Shown here piece by piece: positions 50,685-64,000 of a stretch of DNA of 64,000 nt. The stretch is from NCBI RefSeq assembly GCF_009914755.1, contig NC_060925.1. One strand, given 5' to 3'. The translations under genes and the position numbers were made by a program. The notes under the pieces are model-generated. The model made no database searches. It was not told the origin of the DNA and saw only the letters and a list, made by a program, of their open reading frames with translations. This DNA comes from the human T2T-CHM13v2.0 reference genome, Homo sapiens. The first letter of the stretch is position 1, and each line of letters begins with the position of its first letter.

Positions 50685-52028
50685 CTAAAGCATGAAAAAT
50701 TTAAGAATTAATGTTCTAGGAAGTTTGTTTCTAACATTTAAGTCAGTGGCCAAATACCCAGTAAAAATAAATCCTCTTAATAAAATTCTCAAAGTAATAT
50801 AAAAATCAAAAATCATATAAGGACTTGTTATTATGTTTATTAAGGTCAGTGACTTTATCAGTTTATTGCTTAACCTGCTTTATCTATATTTCAACTTTCC
50901 CTTATTTCTGCTCCAAAATGTTAGAGCCAACAACAAACTAAAAGAAGTGGTTTCAAAAAGTATCATACAACATATAAATCTTAGTTACACATCACAGTCA
51001 TAGTCAAGTTTTCATCAGATGAAGGCCTCCCCTGGCCTCTCAAGTAAGAAGCATTCAATGTATGAATTATTTTTAATATTTAATTAAAGAAAACATAATT
51101 AGTAGGAAAACTGTGGTGGAAAATGTTTTAAAATAAAGGTCAGGAGTTGCGAGACCAACCTGGCCAATGTGGTGAAACCCCGTCTCTATTAAAAATATAA
51201 ACATTAGCCAGGCATGGTGATGTGTGCCTGTAATCCCAGGTACTTGGGAGGGTGAGGCACAAAATCGCTTGAAACTGGGAGGCAGAGGTTGCAGTGAGCT
51301 GAGATTGCACCACTGCACTCCCGACTGGGCGACAGAGCGAGACTCCATCTTAAAATTTTAAAGTTTACGATGTTAAGGCCAGGCCCAGTGATGCATGCCT
51401 GTAATCCCAATACTTTGGACTTTGGGAGGCCAAAGCAGCCACATGGCTTGAGCCCAGGAGTTCAAGATCAGCCCAGGAGTTCAAGATCAGCCCAGGCAAC
51501 ATGGCAAAACCCCATCTCTACAAAAAACACCCCAAAATTAGCCAGACATGGTGATGCACGCCTGTGATCCCAGCTACTAGGCAGGCTGAAGTGAGAGGAC
51601 CACTGGAGCCTAGGAGGTCGACGCTGCAGTAAGCCAAGATCGTGCCACTGCACTCCAGCCTGGTTGATGGAGCAAGACCTTGTCTCAAAAAAAAAGAAAA
51701 AAAAATTTACAATTTAAGAGTAAGATACTCAATTGTGTGAGTATATACATATGTAAAATTTTAGTGTGGGGATATGCAAAGTATTTTAAACAAGGTACTT
51801 AAATTACCACAGCATACCTTCACAGATAGATAATTAGAAAAAATTAAAATTAATTATCTAGACTATGCCACAGTAGCTACAAAGTCTTCCTACTCACACT
51901 TTAGAATGAATAAGTAAGGGAAAAGAATAAACACATAGCACAAGGAGCATCTCTGAAATAATCCAAACCCCTTTTAACCAGTTTAACCGACTTTCACAAC
52001 ACTGTATGGTCTGATTTAAAAAACAAAC

Positions 52029-52110
52029 CTGCTATATAGGTTATCCCAAATGTTCTGAGGCAGCATCAAAACCAGGTCTTCAATATAACCAGCTTTTCTT
52101 GGAGGAACAC
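52029..52110 (-). CDS. USP33: USP33 coding exon ([27 protein letters not shown]), 82 nt
   Basis: ttttAG acceptor, weak GTTTGT donor; the peptide is inside ORF-track 52016..52210. Confidence 0.95.
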
Positions 52111-52340
52111 CTAAAAAAATATATAAACATATCTGTTTCATGCTTTTAATTATATTCCTTTCAAACATTAAACTCATTTTTTTTTTAACAGTAACTAAAT
52201 GACAGATCAATCATCATTGTTTTTTTAAGTGGAAGGGTCTTGTTCTGTCACCCAGTCCAGAGAGTGCAGTGGCATGATCATGGCTCACAGCAGCCTCAAA
52301 ATTCCTGGGCTCAAGGCATCCTCCCACCCCAGCGTCCTGA

Positions 52341-52647
<307 letters not shown>

Positions 52648-53442
52648 TGAGATTACAGGTGTGAGCCACTGCACCCAGCTCAATCATTATTCTTACACTC
52701 TCTCTCCCAAGAACGGTAATTATAAAGCATTTTTGGTGATTGTGTTTCCTCAAGATGAACATACACCTTAAAATTTCTATGTCCAATACAGGTATCCCTA
52801 TCCCTTCTGGTTTCACTACAAACATAATTACCATGAATATCCCATCTTCAACCTTGAAGTTTAATTGGCATCACACAAAGGTCCTATTTATTGTAGAAAT
52901 AAACATTAACACAGCCAATCTCACAAGGGCCAAAGTTATATTTAATTATGAGGCTTTTTTTTCTTAAATCCCAGATACATTTCCATACTTGGGAAAAAAG
53001 CCAGCTATTCATTTAGACAATGGGGTTAAGAACCACCAATATAGTCGATAGATAAAATCACCAGCACAGGAATGCCTCAGGTAGGAAAAATGATGTATAA
53101 TAGAGGAGCTCACTGTAATGTAAACAGCTGTTTATGTATCTTACTCTACTATGAAATTAGAGCTTTCACAGAAGAAAAAGGATTTTTAGTGTCCTTAGGC
53201 ACTAGCAAAAAGTTTAGAAAGCATGTACTCAGTAAATATATGTTCAATAAAGAAGCTAGAGATTACCTACAATTAAAAAGGAAGGGTGAATTTCTGAAAC
53301 CATATGGAATTAAAACACATTAAGTTTGAATGCAGGTGGGGAAATGGGAAATAAGTGGGAGAGGAAAATTCTTGGCTCTCCTAATTTGCAAATTATTTTA
53401 CAGCAAACTTCTACTACCGGTTTGCATTACAGGAGTTCTTAC

Positions 53443-53612
53443 CTCCATGAATACAAAGAAAGTCATTATTTGAAATAGGGCCAGGTTCGGCAAAGGTCTT
53501 AAATTTATTAAGCCACTGTCGAGAAATATAAAACTGAAGGAGGCTTGGTTCCATTATGTTCAATAAATTTGATATCCTTCTCCTCTCTTTTTGTGCCTCT
53601 TCGCTGCTCTTC
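53443..53612 (-). CDS. USP33: USP33 coding exon ([12 protein letters not shown]...[14 protein letters not shown]), 170 nt, DUSP1
   Basis: aatAG acceptor, GTAAGA donor; contains the DUSP motif PGPI.N. Confidence 0.96.
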
Positions 53613-54032
53613 CTATTAAGGACAATGATTAGTTAAATTCAATATGCATTTTACTACATTACTAGTAGATGGATTTTTCTTCTTATTAGACTTAACACAC
53701 ATATTAACACTATCTTTATTAGGTCTTGGGAATTTCAAGAGAAATATACTTTGTATTATCCACCAAATACATTATATACTCATAGGGATGAAACTGTATC
53801 TTACCTACAGGTATCCACATAACTACTGGAACACAGTAAGCATTCAAATGTTTGTTAATAAGATCAAGCTAAATAATTAATCTGCTTCTGTTTCAGAAGC
53901 TAGCATCTTCTTTTATAAGATGCTAAAAAAAAACAAATATTTTTATAGTAATACTTTCATTATTAGCTACTTTGGGAGAAAATTTGGTACTTAATTCAGA
54001 CCATCAATGCCTAATTTTTAAATTAAACCTAA

Positions 54033-54254
<222 letters not shown>

Positions 54255-54570
54255 TGAACTCCTGACCTCGTGATCCACCCGCCTTGGCCTCCCAAAGTGC
54301 TGGGATTACAGGCCTGAGCCACTGTGCCCGGCACTAAAATTAATCTTTCTAAAACAAAATATATCCCTTTGCTCTTCAAGTAAATGATTTAGCATTTTCT
54401 GAACAAAGAATCATTCTACATATACAGCCTTTCACTGTATTTTACTGTAATGAAATAGGAGGAAAACAATTCCTAATCTTGACTCAGCAATCCATTAGAA
54501 TGTCTTAGAAGTCACTGATAAGCCCAAAATGTGAGAGATGTCCTTTCGCATCTACACTTATTTCCATTAC

Positions 54571-54697
54571 CTATAGAAAAGAACGTAAGCTTCTGCATTT
54601 TGTACAGTAGATTCTGAAACTTCAGTGACACTCTGATCATCAAATTCATACCAGAGATTATTTAGATTGTTTCGGCAGTAGGCTATATAGTGTCCAC
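54571..54697 (-). CDS. USP33: USP33 coding exon ((S)[23 protein letters not shown]...AYVLFY), 127 nt, catalytic His/Asp
   Basis: ttcAG acceptor, GTAATG donor. Contains the USP motifs GHY, WYEFDD and AYVLFY. Confidence 0.97.
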
Positions 54698-55184
54698 CTG
54701 AATTTGAGGGAAAAGAAATCATTACAGTAATACAAAAACAACAGAAGAAAGGAGGATAAACTTTTTATATTTCCAGTGCCTAGCACAGTAGCTGGAATAT
54801 AGGAAGAATTATGCTTGTATTTTTTTTTCAGTTTGCACGCTTGCCACCATTCCTTCATCACCTGACGACAGAACATGTAATTTTTTAAATTTTTTTATTT
54901 TTTAATAGACACAGTCTTGCTCTGTTGCCCAAGCTGGCGTTCAGTGAAGGGATCACAGCTCACTGCAGCCTCAAATTTCTGGGCTCAAGCTATCCTCTTG
55001 CCTCAGCCTCCTGAGTAATTGGAACTACAGGTGCACATCACCACACCCAGCTAATTTATTTTTGTTTTTTTACAGATGGGGTCTTGCTATGTTGTCCAGG
55101 CTGTTCTCAAACTCCGAGCCTCAAGTGATCCTTCTGCCTCAGCCTCCAAAGGTGCTGGGATTACAGGCATGAGTCATTAACACC

Positions 55185-55932
<748 letters not shown>

Positions 55933-56099
55933 TGATCCACCTGCCTTGGCCTCCCAGTGCTGGGATTACAGGTATGAGCCACCACACCCAGCTAGAACAC
56001 ATAATCTTAAAAAATCCAGTATAAAAATCATGTTAGGGCCAGGCATGGTGGCTCACACCTGTAATCCCACCACTTCGGGAGGCCGAGGCGGGCAGATCA

Positions 56100-56348
<249 letters not shown>

Positions 56349-56695
56349 TTATTAACTGTATACAATTTTCAATATTGGAAACATCATAGTAAAAATATTT
56401 AATTGCATAAAATTATCTGACATGTTTTTAATAATTAGCAGTAACATCTGTTTTTAACATTTTTTCTTTTATTCAGATATTATTTAAAAGATTAATTAGG
56501 ATGTTTATTTATTTATTTTGTAGAGATGGGGTTTCACTATGCTGCCCAAGCTGGTCTCAAACTCCTGGCTTTAATTAAGTGATTCTCCCACCTCATTCTC
56601 CCAAAAGGCTGGTATTACAGGTATGAGCCACCACGCCCAGGCTTATTTTAATTTTTTTTTAAATCTAGGAACAACTGTTAAACCTATATACTTAC

Positions 56696-56876
56696 TACTT
56701 GCAGTTCCATGATGGCAAATGACTGACAGAAGATCATATGTCACAATTTGAGCTGGACTATCCTTAGCAAGAAATGGCTGAAGATCCAAGCCTTCTAGCG
56801 GAAATGAAACATGGGTACTGATTTTGGTGGAAAACATTAGTTCATGTCTGAATCTTTTAAGGTGGATGCACAAAAT
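56696..56876 (-). CDS. USP33: USP33 coding exon (ILCIHLKRF...[14 protein letters not shown]), 181 nt
   Basis: ttttAG acceptor, GTAAGT donor. Contains the HLKRF motif and the first half of the His box. Confidence 0.97.
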
Positions 56877-57424
56877 CTAAAAAAGAATAAAATTCAAAAC
56901 TAATTTGTCAATACAGAAAACAAAAAGCATTATAACAGGTAAAACTTAGTAACATTTTTATTCAACAAGCAAGAAACTGAGGTGTTCAATCAAATTACAA
57001 TTATGAAGTTATTTAGATTTTTATTTCGTTTTAAATGCTAGATAAAGCAGTCTATTCAATATATACTGAAGTGTCAAGGTTAAGTATTGATCTGCAATTA
57101 TAACCTGCTTCCAGAGATGTTAAAAATATGGAAATGGTGAAACATGGTACTTTCTAAGTTCACTGCTATTTGTTTTTCTAATTTTACACTTTAGACCTGG
57201 CAAGATCCTGCAAGTATGATTAAACTTTGTTCAACACAGCACATTGTTAAAGGGCACTTACGGTATTTAACTCAATATTTTAAAACTGAATAATCTTAAA
57301 AAGGCATGCATAGCAATCATTCAATTCTTCAACCAAGCAAAGAGAATTTATTACTACATTTTGTTACATTAATACTTTATGTTCCTACCACACAATATAA
57401 GTTGAATTAAAATAATGCCCATAC

Positions 57425-57470
57425 CTCAGGAAAGTTTTGTACTTTACAAAACTTCACTCCATTTCTCAAC
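57425..57470 (-). CDS. USP33: USP33 46-nt coding exon (LRNGVKFCKVQNFPE)
   Basis: ccttAG acceptor, GTATGG donor; the peptide is visible inside ORF-track 57407..57628. Confidence 0.95.
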
Positions 57471-57611
57471 CTAAGGGGAGAAAAGAGAAAATCAATTAGT
57501 CTACAAAAAAACTTAGTATATTTAAATTTGCAACAAAAATCTTTTAGAAAATGCAGAGATCCAGCCTGGCAAACATGGTGAAATCCCGTCTCTACTAAAA
57601 ATACAAAATTA

Positions 57612-57839
<228 letters not shown>

Positions 57840-58081
57840 TTACATGTATACATTAAATATCTTAATCAAAACACTGGAGTCCCTTATTGTAAAAAATAAT
57901 TTAAACTGGCCAGGCGCAGTGGCTCACGCCTGTAATCTCAGCACTTTGGGAGGCCAAGGCGGGCCGATCATAAGGTCAGGAGATGGAGACCATCCTGGCC
58001 AACATGGTGAAACCCCATGTCTACTAAAATACAAAAAATTAGCCGGGCATGGTGGCGCACGCCTGTAGTCCCAGCTATTCA

Positions 58082-58225
<144 letters not shown>

Positions 58226-58392
58226 TCAAAAATTTAGAGAGCTGTATAACTCTTTGATGAAAATTGTTTTGTTTTAACAAATGTGCTACTGTCTGTGGTG
58301 TGGCTATGCCTTTAAAACATCTAGATATTAAGTAAAACCAGATAAAGCAAAACCTCAGTTTTATAAAATTTGTAGTTCAAGTCAACATATCA

Positions 58393-58572
<180 letters not shown>

Positions 58573-58994
58573 TCAAGAGGCTGAGGCAGGGAAAATTGCT
58601 TGAACCCAGAAGGCAGAGGTTGCAGTGAGCCGAGATCACACCACTGCACTCCAGCCTGGGCGACAGAGCAAGGCTCCCTCTCAAGAAAAAAAAAAAAAAA
58701 AAAGTCTTGGCCGGACACAGTGGCTCACGCTTGTAATCTCAGCATTTTGGGAGGCCAATGTTGGCAAATCATGCAAGCCAAGGAGTTCACAAACAGCCTG
58801 GGCAACATGACAAAACCCCATTTCTACAAAAAATACAAATTAGCCAGGCATGGTGGCATGCATCTGTAGTCCCAGCTACTTGAGAGGCTGAGGCAGGAGG
58901 ATCGCTTGTGCCCAGGAAGCTGAGCCTGCAAAGAGCTGTAATCATGCTACTGAATCTTCAGCCTTGGCGACAGAATGAGACTATGTCTCAAATG

Positions 58995-59030
<36 letters not shown>

Positions 59031-60000
59031 TCTTACATGTGGAAAAAAAGATAAAGGATGGTTATTATTATATAATCAAAATTAATATACATTTGACAGA
59101 TCTCTACTTTGAATATGGAGGTAGATGCAAGGTTCTTTTCCATCTTCACTGTTATCTTTTTCTTAGTATGCTTTGCTTTACAAGGAACAATCCCCTTCCA
59201 AGCCAACTTCCTTTTCAGCAGTCAGCTAGGGCTTCAAGAACAAAGTGATACTTTCTCCAAAAGTAGAAGTCAGCTTTTTCATCTTTATCAACCAAATAGT
59301 ATACCATTCCTTTCTGTCATGTCATGATCAGTTGCAGATCAATGTTTCCTTTAGGTTACTGCCAAGAACTAGAAGTCTGTATTATCCCAGATCTTATTAG
59401 CAAGCCGTTGCATTCCTATTACAGAGATTGAGAAGAAATTTCCAGTTCACTTTGCCTCACAAATAGTTGCTTTTCACCAAGTCTTCCAACACTTTTTTCT
59501 GACTTACCACTAAGAAGCATTAAAAGTCTAAATTGATTACAAGACAGAAAAAGGCAGCTGGTAGTAGATGTAAACAAAATCAGACTTTAGCTGTCTTTCT
59601 CGTATGCCATTGTTAACAGCAGATAACATCGAAGTCGGTATAACCTTTAGGAATTTTATGTGGATATGAAACTTTGTACCTTTCACTTCCTGAATCTAGC
59701 CTGTTAAAATGGTAATTCAGAAGAAAATATTGCCTTATTTAGGAAAACGTTTTATGCAAAATCACATACAGATTTCATCCCTCAAAATATACTCTCTCAC
59801 ATCTTAATAAGCCTATTAAATTTGTCAAATTTTTACCTCACATTTGTTTCACAAAACAGCTAATCTCTATTATTACTAGGATAAACCTTTCTGGCCTACA
59901 TTTTTCTAAATACAGTGGCAAATTTAACTCCACATACCCAATTCTAAAAACCAAGAAAAATACACAACATGCAATTAAAAGCACTGTCAATGTCACTTAC

Positions 60001-60034
60001 TTTTTGCATTTTTCACAACTGTACATATTGTCAC
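60001..60034 (-). CDS. USP33: USP33 34-nt coding exon (GDNMYSCEKCKK)
   Basis: ttgcAG acceptor, GTAAGT donor. Carries the second zinc-binding CxxC; phases fit both neighbours. Confidence 0.95.
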
Positions 60035-60659
60035 CTGCAAATAAAACAGATCTGGCATTGGTTTCAAATTAACAGCAAATTGCTTATTATGGTCCTGTAA
60101 TTATTTGATTTTGCCCCATGCTGACCTCCCAGCACAGAAAAACAAGGTTCCATTTTTTTAATCTATGCTCATGAATCAGGTTACTGTTTACCTTCCCCTC
60201 CCTTAACTCCTGCCAACATTGAAGACCTACCTCAAATAATATCTTTTCCATTTATTCATTGAACAAAACTTACTGACTGCCTGTCATATGTCCAAGCAAG
60301 GTGCTAGACACACAAAAATAGTGAATGACCTTAAATGATATGGAGTAGTTCACAATTACAGACACACAAATAAGTCCATTATTTTGGTTGAGTTTGCCCT
60401 TCTATGGATCTCAGAACAGCTTTAAAACATTTCACTTATCATTTGTCTTATACTACAGGAATTCACATGAATTCCTTCAGGATGTGATTTTTCTTGTTAT
60501 ATTTATATTATCAAGGTAGACACTAACCGAATGCCAATATGTGAATGTACTATTAAGCTGTCTTAAAACTGAGCTTTTATGAATACACTTTATTATTTAG
60601 TCCCACTAGTATTTTAGATTTACCTACAAAAATTTAGCCATAGATATTATATTTCTTAC

Positions 60660-60754
60660 CTTTTAGTTCATCTCTGGCAAAGAAGGCAGCAAGACAATCT
60701 TGCAAGGTTACTACTGGACCCCAAAACCAGCTAGGGACACATGAGACAACAAAC
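60660..60754 (-). CDS. USP33: USP33 coding exon ((R)[31 protein letters not shown]), 95 nt; alternative in-frame acceptor at 60730
   Basis: tttcAG acceptor, GTAAGA donor, frame continuity; contains the TLQDCL..FF motif. Confidence 0.96.
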
Positions 60755-60852
60755 CTGAAACATCATTGATAGAAAAAAAAGGAAGTGTTCTGCCAGTACA
60801 GCAGAAACAGCAGGTTTAACAATCATGTAATACAAAGAAAATAAATACATAC

Positions 60853-61025
60853 CTCTTCACATATTCCATGAAAAAAGCTATCCACCCTTGTGGAGCATAT
60901 GCTTCGCCACATGATCCTGCTTTGACTATAGAAGTTGGATGACTTGATGAATGCAGCTTAGCAAGGTCTTCCTTGCCAGGAATTGGCAAGGACAGATCTT
61001 GAAAGGTCTCGAGGGTTACAGACAC
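60853..61025 (-). CDS. USP33: USP33 coding exon ([23 protein letters not shown]...FFMEYVK), 173 nt
   Basis: tttAG acceptor, GTATGT donor. Matches ORF-track 60816..61025; contains the USP motif F.DLSLPIP. Confidence 0.97.
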
Positions 61026-62159
61026 CTAAAATTGTTTTGTGTTTTAAAAATGGGATGAACATAATGCAGTAAAACATTTCCAAGGTTAGATTTTAGACTC
61101 TAAAGATCAAAGCATGTTTAAATAAGCAAAAAAAACAAAAAACAAAAAAAAACACGCAAATTGAACTGCTTTCATAGTCATAATAGCAAAAAAAAAAACA
61201 AAAACAAAAAACAAAACACACTTGCTCTGTACCAGGTATCTTCACGTAAGTCCTGTGCAGTAGTATTAGCATCCCCATTACAATCACAGACACTGCAGCA
61301 TTAAACACCCCAAATCCAGCCACTGCATCTTGAGGTCCAAACTCTTAAGCACTATTGTATTTATTTTTGAAAATTGACCTTTGATGGTAGTTTTAAAATA
61401 TTTTTTTAAAAGGGTGAGACAAAATCTGGCATCTAATTTTAAATAGCTAAAAACATGCCTGATAATTCCACTTAAATATTTAGTACCAAAATAACCTACA
61501 TTAAAACGACCCGATTGAAAGTTCTTAGATTTGACTTGAGATTCTAACACAATAATTGAAATCTTCTTTTTGTTTTTGAGATGTTATTTCATATTCATCA
61601 TTGCACTAAAGTAAAACTGTACTTAAGAAAAGCTCAAAGAAACTTTGAAGAAGTGTTATTAAAAAATTCATGATGATTTTAATGTATGCTTTGTTATTGT
61701 CTATGAATTTGATACTACCTTTAGTATCTGAGTCCCATCCTAAACATGGAAAAATATTTACAAACCATATATGACCAAATGTAAGAGATACATTCACAGC
61801 TTTGTACCTGTGAATATCAACAGATTCCCAGTATACAAATTTCATCAGCCTGGGAGAATATGCAGGTGTTACCAATTCTTGTTGCTGAGCAACTTCTCAC
61901 CTTTATATGTAACCAAAATAGATGACGAAGGATAATATGTGCCTGTCCAATGATGGGTCACCATCCTTTAAACAGGATGCTGCTACTTCCAAAAAAAATT
62001 CTACACCTAGAATCAAATTTGTGTTGATGTAAACACAATAAATGCATGTATGCTCATCAATAGCAAAGAGAAGGAATTAAACTTTTCACATCATCTTGTC
62101 ACATTTTTAAAAATCATTTGACACGAATTTTCTGTGTATTCTAATACCCTCATACTCAC

Positions 62160-62272
62160 CCTGTCACAAGTCAGACACTGCACTGAACTAATGATTGTTC
62201 CATCAAATATGTCTGAAATAACACTTCTGTATTTCTTGTGCTGTTTTTTTCTCTTTGGAGATGCAGACTGAG
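62160..62272 (-). CDS. USP33: USP33 coding exon ((A)[37 protein letters not shown]), 113 nt
   Basis: Acceptor ...cctAG, donor GTGAGT. Contains the USP-domain motif SDIFDG and zinc-binding CLTC; phase 0 join to the next exon. Confidence 0.96.
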
Positions 62273-63623
62273 CTAGGATTGAAAAACATTAAAAAAAAAT
62301 CAAAGCAGCTCCTTTAACATTTTTCTCTGGAATCTTTTTTTGTCTTGTCAATCTTACTTGTATATGATCTCTAGAATCCTTAAACTGTAAAAATTACTGT
62401 GTTGAAAATTTTCAAAATACTCTTCAAAAGAGCATAAGTATTAAAAAAATAAAAGAAACTAAGCAGACAAGGCTTAAGATATTTGTTGTTTTTTTTTGTT
62501 TTTTTGTTTTGAGGTGGAGTCTCGCACTGTTGCCCACACTGGAGTGCAGTGGTGCGATCTCGGCTCACTGCCAAGTTCTGCCTCCCGGGTTCATGCCATT
62601 CTCCTACCTTAGCCTCCCAAGTAGCTGGGACTACAGGCGCCCACCACCACGCCCAGCTATTTTTTTGTATTTTTAGTAGAGACAGGGTTTCACCATGTTA
62701 GCCAGGATGGTCTCGATCTCCTGACCTCATGATCCACCCACTTCAGCCTCCCAAAGTACTGAGATTACAGGCGTGAGCCACCGCACCCAGCCTGTTTTTT
62801 TTTTTAAAGTATAAATGATCCTTGGCCACCATAAATGTACATATGAGAAAATGAACAAAATTCTAAATTAGCACAAAACCACAAATGCTTCATCACTGGG
62901 ATGTTTACTTAAATGTTTTACAAGTCAAAAGAAGAGGGGAAGAGGTTAGAAAGTGAGGGAAAGATGATGAAAGTCATCATCAAGCTAAAGATGAAATAGA
63001 AGGGGTTCGGTCTCCCTATCCTGACTTGAGAGCAATTCTGTTTTCACTTATTTGTTTTTGTCTCCAGGTAAGGCTTTATTTGAAGAAAAGATTCTATTAT
63101 TTAAAGTTTTTAAGAGTTCTTTATATATTTCTGGATACATGTCCTTTGCTAGCTATATGATTTATAAATACATCCAACCTTATCTTTCCATTCTCTGAAT
63201 GTCCTTTGTCAACAAAAATCTTTAATTTTTTTCTTTAATGGATCATGCTTTTAATGTCTTTAAGAACTCTTTGTCTAACCCAAGGCCATGAAGACTTTCT
63301 CCTATGTTTTCTTCTAAGAAAACATAATACTGGAACTCCCATATATACCTGGAAGGAATACTAAATGGTAGACACTCTGGTAAAAAGTCTGGCAGTTTAA
63401 TACAACTATAAGCATTAAACAAACATAAAACCCAGTAACCCCACTTCTAGGTATTTGTCCTAGACAAATGAAAAAATGTTCTTACAAAAACCTATACATA
63501 AATTTTAGAGCAACATTATTCATAATTGCCAAAAATTGGAAACAATTCAAAAGTCCACCAGTAGGTAAATAAACAGTGGTATACCCATAAAAAATGAGAT
63601 ATTAGGCCGGGCATGGTGGCTCA

Positions 63624-63921
<298 letters not shown>

Positions 63922-64000
63922 TCAGACACGCAGTAACATATCTGAATTTCAAATGCATTATCCTGAGAGGCAAACCTGTTTCAAAAGACTACATATGAAA

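Overview
Primate (human-like), Alu-dense genomic DNA. The right part (about 34.8-62.3 kb) carries the last 13 coding exons and 3'UTR of the deubiquitinase USP33 on the minus strand. I spliced these exons by hand: every intron is GT-AG, the phases match, and they give one continuous frame covering the C-terminal USP catalytic domain (His/Asp boxes) and two DUSP domains, ending ...EVETRSL*. A CpG island at about 21.1-22.7 kb is a minus-strand promoter. From the known gene order at human 1p31.1 it should belong to ZZZ3, which makes 1-21.4 kb ZZZ3 intron 1; no ZZZ3 coding exon is in the window. The rest is transposon-derived: dozens of Alus, L1 3' fragments, ERVL/MaLR/LTR16 remnants, DNA transposons, a solo ERVK-type (LTR22-like) LTR and a rare SVA2-type VNTR element with a nested AluY. 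I see no convincing new gene system. The best leads are regulatory or structural: the SVA2 near the promoter, a triple CGCG-motif bidirectional promoter with a GC donor, USP33 isoform switches (8-aa alternative acceptor, intronic polyadenylation), a candidate poison exon, a sense-oriented LTR poly(A) signal inside the catalytic domain, and two short dispersed duplications, one of which copies a poly(A) signal. Repeat family names and most repeat boundaries are by eye and approximate.
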